From assembly GCF_009914755.1 (NCBI RefSeq), contig NC_060930.1: DNA of 64,000 nucleotides. The stretch is one strand, 5' to 3'. A program made the translations under genes and the position numbers. Under the pieces are notes generated by a model that was not told the origin of the DNA, made no database searches, and saw only the letters and a program-made list of their open reading frames with translations. Positions 55,033 through 64,000 of this stretch are shown piece after piece. The stretch is from the human T2T-CHM13v2.0 reference genome, Homo sapiens. Every line of letters starts with the position of its first letter. Within the stretch, counting starts at the first letter, position 1.

Positions 55033-55597
55033 CATTTATGTTCACTGAAGCACTATTCACAATAACAAAGACATAGAAGCAACCTAAATGCCAATCAGTG
55101 ATAGACTGATCAGTGATAGACTGGATAAAGAAAATGTGGTAAATATACACCATGGAATACTATGCAGTCATAAAAAAGAACGAGATTATATACTTTGCAA
55201 GAACATGGATGGAGCTGGAGGTCATTATCCTTAGCAAACTAATGCACAAACAGAAAACTGAATGTTCTCATTTATAAGTGGGAGCTAAATGATAGGAACA
55301 CATGGACACATACAGGGGAACAACAATACACACTGGCACCTTTGGAAAGATGAAGGGTCAGAGCAGGCAGAGGATCAGGAAAACTAAGTAATGAGTACTA
55401 GGCTTAATACTTGGGTGATGAAATAATCTGTACAACAAAACCCCATGACACAAGTTTACCTATGTAACAAACCTGCACATGTACCCCTGAGCTTACAATA
55501 AAAGCTTTTTAAAAAAAGAGCTTATGAGAGACTGTGGTAGTGGAAAAAAATGTTTTGAATTCTTTTTCTAAGATTTCATGAATTTCACCTATTTTCC

Positions 55598-56920
55598 ATG
55601 TTTTATTTTATTTTCAGGGGTACATGTGCAGGTTTGTTACATGAGGAAATTGTGTGCCACTGGGATTTAGTGCATAAATTATTTAATCATCCAGCTATTG
55701 AGCATAGTACTTGATAGGGAGTTTTTTGATCCTCATCCTCCCACCAGCCTCTACCTGAAGTAGGGCTTGATGTCTATCATTTCATTTTTTGTGTCCACGT
55801 GTATTAAATGTTTAGTTCCCACTTATAACTGAAAACATGCAGTATTTGGGTTTTCCATTTTTGCATTATTTTGTTTAGGATAATGACCTCTAGTTGCATC
55901 CATGTTGCTATAATAGACATGATTTTGTTCTTTTTTATGATTATTTAGTATTCTCTGGTGTTCATGTACCACATTGTATGTATCCAGTCCACCACTGATA
56001 GGAACCTAGGTTGATTCCTTGTGTTTGCTATTGTGGGTGGTGCTACAATGAACATATGCATGCCTGTTTCTTTATGATAGAATGATTAATATTTCTTTGG
56101 GTATGTACTGAGTAATGGGATTGCTATACCGAGTGGTAGATCTGTTTTCATTTATTTGAGAACTCTCCAAACTGCTTTCCACAGAGACTGAACTAATTCA
56201 CATTCCCACCAGCAATGCACAAGTGTTCCCTTTTCTCCACTAATGCTCCAGCATCTGTTATTTTCTGACTTTTCATAATAGCCATTCTGACTGTTGTGAG
56301 ATGGTATCTCATTGTAGTTTACATTTGGATTTTTCTAACGATTAGTGATGTTGAGCATTTTTTCACATGCTTCCTGGCCAAGTGCACCATGAAGAGAGAT
56401 AGTTTGACTTCCTATCTTCCAACTTGCTTTCTATTTCTTGTCTGATTGCTCTGGCTAGGGTGTTCAACAGGAGTGGTGTGAATAGGCATTCCTGTCTTGT
56501 TCTGGTTCTCAAAGGAAATACTTCTAGCTTTTGCCCAGTCAGTATAATGTTGTGTGTGGGTTTCACTTAGATGGCTCTTACTATTTTGAAGTATGTTTGT
56601 TTGATGCCCTATTTGAGCCTGTCACCATGTTGTTAGCCAGTTGTTATGTAGACTTGATTGGGTAGTTGCTTTAAAGTGCCAATGGTCTATGGTCTATGGT
56701 CTATAGTGCCAATGATCCACTTAAGTGTGTTTTGTGGTGGCCAGCAACAGTGTTTTGTTTCCATGTTTAGTATTCCCTCTAGGACCTCTTGTAAGGCAGA
56801 CCTGTCTATAATGAATTCCCCTAACATTTGCTTGTGTGAAAAAAGAAACATATTTCTCCTTCAGTGTTGAAGTTTAGTTTGGCTGGATATGAAATTCTTG
56901 GTTGCAATTTGTTTTCTTTT
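55598..56920 (-). mobile_element. Old primate L1 (L1PA15-16/L1PB-like) with two large internal deletions
   Basis: 3' UTR 55598-~56380, RT-region piece ~56390-56612, ORF1-end/ORF2-start piece ~56613-56920. Confidence 0.82.
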
Positions 56921-57012
56921 CTGGTTGTACAAACAGTAGTGGTGGCTTTTAAGATCTTTACATATCTGAGACTAAATTGGGAATTTTTATTCTCTATTTT
57001 TAACCATTGTGA

Positions 57013-57315
<303 letters not shown>

Positions 57316-57329
57316 CTGAATTTCTTTCT

Positions 57330-59330
57330 TCCAAGTTTTTCTCTTGCATAAAGCCCAGGTTTAGCTTTTGTTTTGTTAGCCAATTGATGTGTTGCATTTT
57401 ATTTTTGAACTAAACTTATTACTTTTATTGATAAATCTAATATGTTTGGCCTTAGTTATGTTATTTTTATGTTTTATTTAAATAAAATAATTTTATGTTC
57501 ATTTGAGATTCATTGTGCTCCTTGTTTTATATTATCTTTGAATATGGGGGCATGTGTCTAACTTTAGTTTTTGATAGTAATTCCTCACTGTGAACAATAT
57601 CTTTATTTAGTAACTTCTTACTGTTCCCTTCCATTATATCCAGCATCTAATTTTAGTAATACCTTCTTACTTTCAGATAACATCTCTGTGAAAATCTGGG
57701 ATCTTACTCTACTTGTCTTGTGCTTTCCCCCTTCTTGTACTTTTTGATATTTTGTCATAATTTTATTCCCAGAGTGTATAAGCATTATGGAGTCTATAAT
57801 CTTCATCATCTACTATTTATGATTAGTTCTACAATAAACTATATATGTAAATATATATATTTGATATGTATGTATGAATATTATATATATATCTCTCTCT
57901 CACATACTACCAGTTATACATTCAAACAACTCTAGTAACTTTTTTCTCTCTGAAGCCCATGTTCCAGTTGTTTTCTCAGGAGAAGGTTCAAGATAACAAG
58001 ATTCTCTGAATTATTACACACAAAGCAATTTGCCTGCAGTGTTAAATTTGAGGGTCAGTTCAGATTGATATAAATCCTGGGCTCATTATGGCTCTCATTT
58101 AAGGATTATAAATATGACTCTACATTGCCTTCTACATAAGGCACCAAGCACATAAAGTTTTATGTCTATCTTTTCTTTATAAATGACTCAGATTTTTCCT
58201 TCACGCCCATATTAACTTTTATCTTTTATAAATCCAGGTCAGTTTACTAGATTATGCCTTACCTTTGACCATTTTGTTAAAATTTTCCAGGTAGATTCTG
58301 TACCATTGAATATGTGGTTGATGTCAGTGTATCTGAGTTCAGATGAGGGACCCCATGGGCCTAGGACATAGACCTATGAGGAAGGGGTGCCATTGGGCTG
58401 GTGCTGGTATCTCTGAGGGAACAAAGTAAAACTAGTTTCGTGACAAATCTGCAAGCAAGAAACAACAGCTGCTACTGGAATGAGCTTCAGCTGTCAGGTT
58501 AAAACACATTGTTAGGGTCAGGCTGACAGGGACTATAAGATTTATCTAGAAATGGGAAAGCACATGACTCTTCTTTCTTCTTTAGCCTCCCAGACCTCTG
58601 GGTAGTGCTTTCCACTGGTCAAGCATAACAGGTAGACAGCTGGGGGTGAAGAAATGTGGTTTGCCCACTGCTTTGGCATCATAAAGCAGAGTACAGCAGG
58701 GTGACTATGAAGCTAAGACCAAGGTTTAATAACTCTCTGTTTTTTCATAAATCGTTCTAGAATTTTCCTAAAGTTATTTCATTTCATATTAAACTGTGAG
58801 GCTAAAATATTTACATTGCGTGGGCATGTCTTTCTGCTGTGTTTTTATTTCTAAAGTAGTGCTATTTAACTTACACCGACAATAAGGACTCCTTCCTGCT
58901 CTTATCAAGAAATGTTAAAAAATCTAACTTTGATTTCTTAAGATTTACCTAGTCTGCTCCTCTCTCCACTCTCTATCTGGATATTCTCTTGTCTTGTCTT
59001 TAATGTCTCTGTCCTGCCCAATTTAAATTCTGTTCTTAGCAGTTTCTCATTGGTGCAGGTTTTGTCCTGGAAAAGGTGCTCTCAATTGGTAACAAGGCCC
59101 AGCCTACCTCTCACTGAAGTTGCCTTTAAGCTCTAAACTGGGAATCTCACCTTCCATTGTGAAGCACTCTCCCAGCTTCGTCTGCTCTTCTCACATTGAC
59201 AAACTAAGCTTTCCATGCAGAATAAAGACCTCTCAATATGGGGGCGATTATGTGTTAGTGATTCAATTTCCACATTCCCTGGCTTTCAGGGCCTTCACAA
59301 ATCTCCCTGCTTTCTGCTTCTTAATCTGGG
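57330..59330 (-). mobile_element. HAL1/L1ME-like ancient LINE fragments (interrupted by an LTR)
   Basis: tttgagggtcagttcagattgatataaatcctgggctca resembles the antisense ORF1-end motif of HAL1/L1ME. Confidence 0.4.
58322..58735 (-). mobile_element. Old ERVL-group LTR (LTR41-like)
   Basis: gtgctttccactggtcaagcataacaggtagacagctgg...gaaatgtggtttgc...gcatcataaagcagagtacagcagggtg. Confidence 0.5.
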
Positions 59331-60530
59331 TGATAATTTTGTGCTCTTTTCACTTTGGGTAAATTAATCAAGTTGTACAATTTTGTGTGTATATGATGTT
59401 ATACTTCCATCAAAAACAGCAAAATCGTTTGCGAAATTTTTAGCCAAAGCAACCACTAAAATAGTGGCCTCTTTGAAAGAGGAAAGGAAGGGATAATAAG
59501 AAAGAAAACAGAGCAGATATCTTTGAGGTGATAATAAGGTTACAGACTTAAAATGTTCAGTACACAGTTTGAAATATGAGACAGAACCAAAGAAAGTTAT
59601 ATATTTAAGGCATGTTAGCATTGAGGTGATAATTGAAATCGGGAGGTGGGAGCAGGGAAGAGATTCTAGAAGTGAAATATATTAGGAATACAGTGATCAT
59701 CCTTCAAAATTGTTCTAAACTTTTTAATAAAAAAAAATCCTACCTTCCACTTTCTATACCATATATTCCAGGAAATGAAGTTGTGTTGCACAGAAACACA
59801 GAAATGACATGCGTGTGCATGCACACACACAAATATACATGTGCAAATGCATACACAATATACATATGTATGTCTGTATAGGTACATATTGTCAATTAAA
59901 TTTTCAACTATCTTCAGAGTGATATAATTCATGCTGCTAAAGTGGATTGACATAGACTCCTCAAAATACAAAGATTCTTTGTTTTTGTTGACATAATTTC
60001 CTGATGAGTAATTGTTTTACAAATCAGGTGTTTTGAAAAATTTAAATTAGCCTTTGGACTCTTAAAATTCTTAATTCCAAGACTTCGTGTCAAACTTTTA
60101 TTGAGAAAATGAAATCATGCAGAGATGTTTTCCAGCATCTGAGAGCTGGTTAGTGACTCCTAACAAGCTACAGCTAAGATATCCATCTCCCATCCAGTTC
60201 TGTCCCTACGATCCTGCCTCTTCTAAAATTGAATGTAAAGTCAGTGAAAAGACAATGTACTATTTATTAATTATAGTGTCCTTTTTTTCTCTTTCATGAA
60301 TATTACATTTTCATAGTGCATATATTGTAAATTTTTAAAAAAACGTTCTAAAAGATAAGTTACCTTTTCATGGGTACATTTTTAACAACTGAGGAAAAAA
60401 AGTAAGAGATGGAAAATTGTCCTTTTTGTCTGTGATCATGAATTATTGAATCATGAAACCAGTGACTGCTATTAATCCCTTGAAAAACATTCTCTGTTTC
60501 AGTTTGCAAGATGCTGTCCTCTATTTCTTT

Positions 60531-61107
60531 GTTACATGCCAGAAACAGAGCAACATCTGATTTGTAAGCAACATTCAAGTTTCATTGAGCTGTGAATATT
60601 ATTAATAATACTGGTAGGCACACGCCTGCCGAGAATAGAAGCAGATCTTCCAAAATGTAAGCAATGAATACAATCATAACAGACAATTGTGTTATGCATT
60701 AATTTTTGAAATGATTAGGAACAACTTTCCAAAGATCTTATTTCTGAAATTATTGATACCAAAAGACAAGACAGTCCACAAATATTCCTTATTATTATGT
60801 AATAATATAATACATTTATATATTATATATATTAGAAATGGGAAAGCACGTGTCTATGCACTTTGTCTATGTCTATGTAAATCATTGCAAATATCATACA
60901 AACTTGTTTGATATTTATTTAAACAGGCACAGACAAAGCACACAGACACAACTGTCTGTTATGATTGTATTCATTGCTTATGTTTTGGAAGATCTGCTTC
61001 TATTCTTGACAGGTTAGTGCTTACCAGTATTACTTATAATATTCACAGCTCAATTAAACTTGAATGTTGTTTACAAATCAGATGTTGCTCTGTTTCCGGC
61101 ATGTAAC
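60531..61107. repeat. Long inverted repeat / interrupted palindrome
   Basis: 60531-60692 versus reverse complement of 60946-61107: 148/162 identical, no gaps; inner hairpin 60850-60949 centred at 60902/60903. Confidence 0.97.
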
Positions 61108-62317
61108 TATGGTTAATTTACATTAATCATGGTTCAAAACTTTATTTGCAAAAAAGAAAGGAGCTCAAATTTGTGTGATATTTGCAATGATTTAAATATA
61201 ATTTAGAAAATGACTAGTACAGAAAATGAAATCAAGGGATTGAAAAATTTAAATATTCCTAAAATATAACTACCTCACTGAAAGTGCTTGGTAATGTTTA
61301 TAAGTCCTTTACTTCTCTTTTAATGATTCTTAACATTTTGTTTCAAGAAAGAGATATCATTATCTATGTTGCCAACATTTTATTTAAGTAGAGACCAACC
61401 TCCTACTGTCCACAGCTGTTTTTAATTCACAAGCAGTTGGAACAAGTCAAGCCTTGCTTGTGAGTCTTTTCTGCTTCTTATTATCTTATTTCATGTGGGA
61501 AGCCATTATGCAAACTAAAAGCATCTGAAGTTAGGTACCCCACTTAAGAGAGTTCAGCAGGGATTCAGTTTTTGTAATTTTTGGCAAATTGTGTCATTAA
61601 GTTGCATATGTTGTACTGTTGGTAACCATGATTGCTTGGGTTAGTTGATGTGCTCATGAACTCTGTGACTTGACAAACCTAATTTTCCTACAATCAAGTC
61701 AGAAATAAATTTCCAAATATGTCTAAAATGATAAAGCTTGTTTTTTAAAATCAATTGATTATATCTTATTGAATTTAGAAAAATATCATATGAAAATGCC
61801 AATTGCTATATTAATTCTAGTTAACAGGTTGTCTCCAGTAAATAAGTTAGTTTGTACACAGTCCGACTCCAGGCGGGAAACCTAGAAAACCTAAGTTTCC
61901 TAAATTGTACTAGAATTATTATATTAATCCTGACCCATTAGATTTTAAGAAGGGATACTGAAAAATAATTGGAGTAAATATAATTTTGCAGAAGCACTCA
62001 CTTCACTTAGATTAGATTACACTTCATTGTTTAACCCTTTATAGTTCCCAGAACTTAACTCAATATAAGATTTACCTTTAAGCTCATTTTGATGCACATG
62101 ACCAAGATATTCTTTATTTTTTGTTCTATTTTGAAGTTTACGTGAAATAAATATCTAAATACATTAATGTGAGAAATAAAATGTGTGGTACATTTCAAAT
62201 GTAGTCTTATCTCATGTATTGATCATTTCTGTATTCATTTTCATCATTACAATAATGAAAGTTTTAAATATGATCTTGATGTCTGGTAAAATATTAACAG
62301 CTTTTTATTTTATATCA

Positions 62318-62435
62318 TATTTAAGTCTCACAACAGCTTTGTGAAGTATTATTACTATCTTCATCCTACTTCTGAGGAAACTGAGGCTCAGACAGGCAAA
62401 GTAAACAGCTTTAGAGTACACAGCTGGTGAAGTAA
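62318..62435 (-). mobile_element. MIR
   Basis: ctcacaacagctttgtgaagtattattac...tgaggaaactgaggctcagacagg core. Confidence 0.8.
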
Positions 62436-62448
62436 AGGCTGCTGTTCA

Positions 62449-62811
<363 letters not shown>

Positions 62812-64000
62812 TTATATTGCTTAGCAAAAATCTAAATAGCATAAACAATAAAACCATGTATTTATTGAGCAATTGATAGAAAAACAACACATTTTTCAAA
62901 AATGAATGTTTAACCACTGACAAAAGTCAGGTACACTACATGGTACTCACAATTCCCATCTTTTCTTTTTTAAAGTGTCATAAAATAGGTTACATTTTTC
63001 AGAGACAAAATGTTGTCTCTTGTATCACTTTATTATTTGTGATATTTAAGTTCTTGGTCAAGATGTGATTACAACTTATAGCACTTTTACAATTAGGTGC
63101 AACTGTACTTAACAGAAAATCACAAATGACATGGACTCACGCAACAGAAAATATCTCATGTAAATCAGTACTAAACTACACACTGCAGCATTAGTACAGC
63201 AGTTGCAGTCTAGATGGACTTATCATCTAACTGCTTTGCAGTCTTCAGAGTGCTCTTCATAATCTGATATGGCAATTCTAGTTGTACTCCTCACACATAT
63301 ATTTCATTCAGTAGGAATGTGTTCAGACCAAAGAAGAGTATGAATCTTTATATAAGGGCATTTCTTACAAATAAGCATGAAACTTCCGCATGCAACTCCC
63401 ATAACCCATGAACATGAGTTTAAGTAGCTGCAAGGGAAGCTGGGGAGTTGTACTGTTTATTTGAGACAACTATGTGTTCAGCTAAAAATCTTGTGTTCTA
63501 TTATTAAAGAAAAAGGAAACAATGGATATTTAAGTTCACAACTAGTTGGCTTTTTTAAAAGCAAACTTTAACTAATATAAAGTTTTCCATTTAAAAATGT
63601 GATTTCAGGTTTCATTTAATATATTTATATTTCAACCTGCCACAGTGTAGCCAATGAAATTATTACAGAAACTTAGTTCTGAAAATTAATGTCCCTGCCA
63701 CTATAAGAACTCTAAATTTTCTGATATAAAGATCAAATGTAATACAAATATAAGTTTGTTAGGTGATTATTCAATACCTTTGCTATCTTTTTCTTGACTG
63801 CCTATGCAGTGTGTCATGATTATTTGTTTACATATAATATTTTACTTGAACCACATTATCAATGTTTCTACCCAATTTGCATCAGAGAAAGAGGATGTTT
63901 TACATAATCTCATACCACTAGCATAAATTTATATACTAAAGAGAAAGCCATTTGTAGCTAAAATGGTTTATTTTGTACTGTATTACAAGACAGAAAAGCA

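Larger units (their letters stand above)
51921..55518 (+). mobile_element. Old L1PA, 5'-truncated (~3 kb of ORF2 plus 3' UTR)
   Basis: RT motifs (gtaggctttatccctgggatgcaa; IADNMILNLENQ), 3' UTR, aataaa and A tail; interrupted by MLT2A. Confidence 0.93.

Noticed and set aside
60121-60137. 17-mer shared with 7420-7436
   Set aside because: Isolated match with no flanking homology; treated as background

Overview
AT-rich primate (very likely human) genomic DNA dominated by interspersed repeats. These include ten Alus, many L1 copies of different ages (two end-to-end L1MA elements with target-site duplications (TSDs) and two twin-priming inversions), and a 5'-truncated MER57-type ERV1 provirus with decayed pol/env. 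There are also solo LTRs (MER11A, MLT2A, LTR16, LTR27/MER52-like, MER57, MER67, MLT1), an MSTA remnant and DNA-transposon fossils (MER6A, MER58A, Charlie4/MER102-like). I found no intact protein-coding gene or RNA gene; almost all listed ORFs are repeat-derived or chance. Three things are not explained by the repeats I recognise. (1) A ~580-bp fold-back palindrome at 60531-61107 with ungapped 162-bp arms (148/162 identical), a nested tight hairpin and a one-sided 151-bp insert. (2) A decayed minus-strand reading frame at ~6271-6709 followed by poly(A) signals and an A-rich tract; by eye only, it resembles the C-terminal third of a bornavirus/Mononegavirales nucleoprotein (candidate endogenous viral element or unknown retrocopy). 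(3) A 49-bp-arm hairpin at 13360-13496. Subfamily names come from remembered consensus sequences, and boundaries are approximate unless a TSD is quoted.
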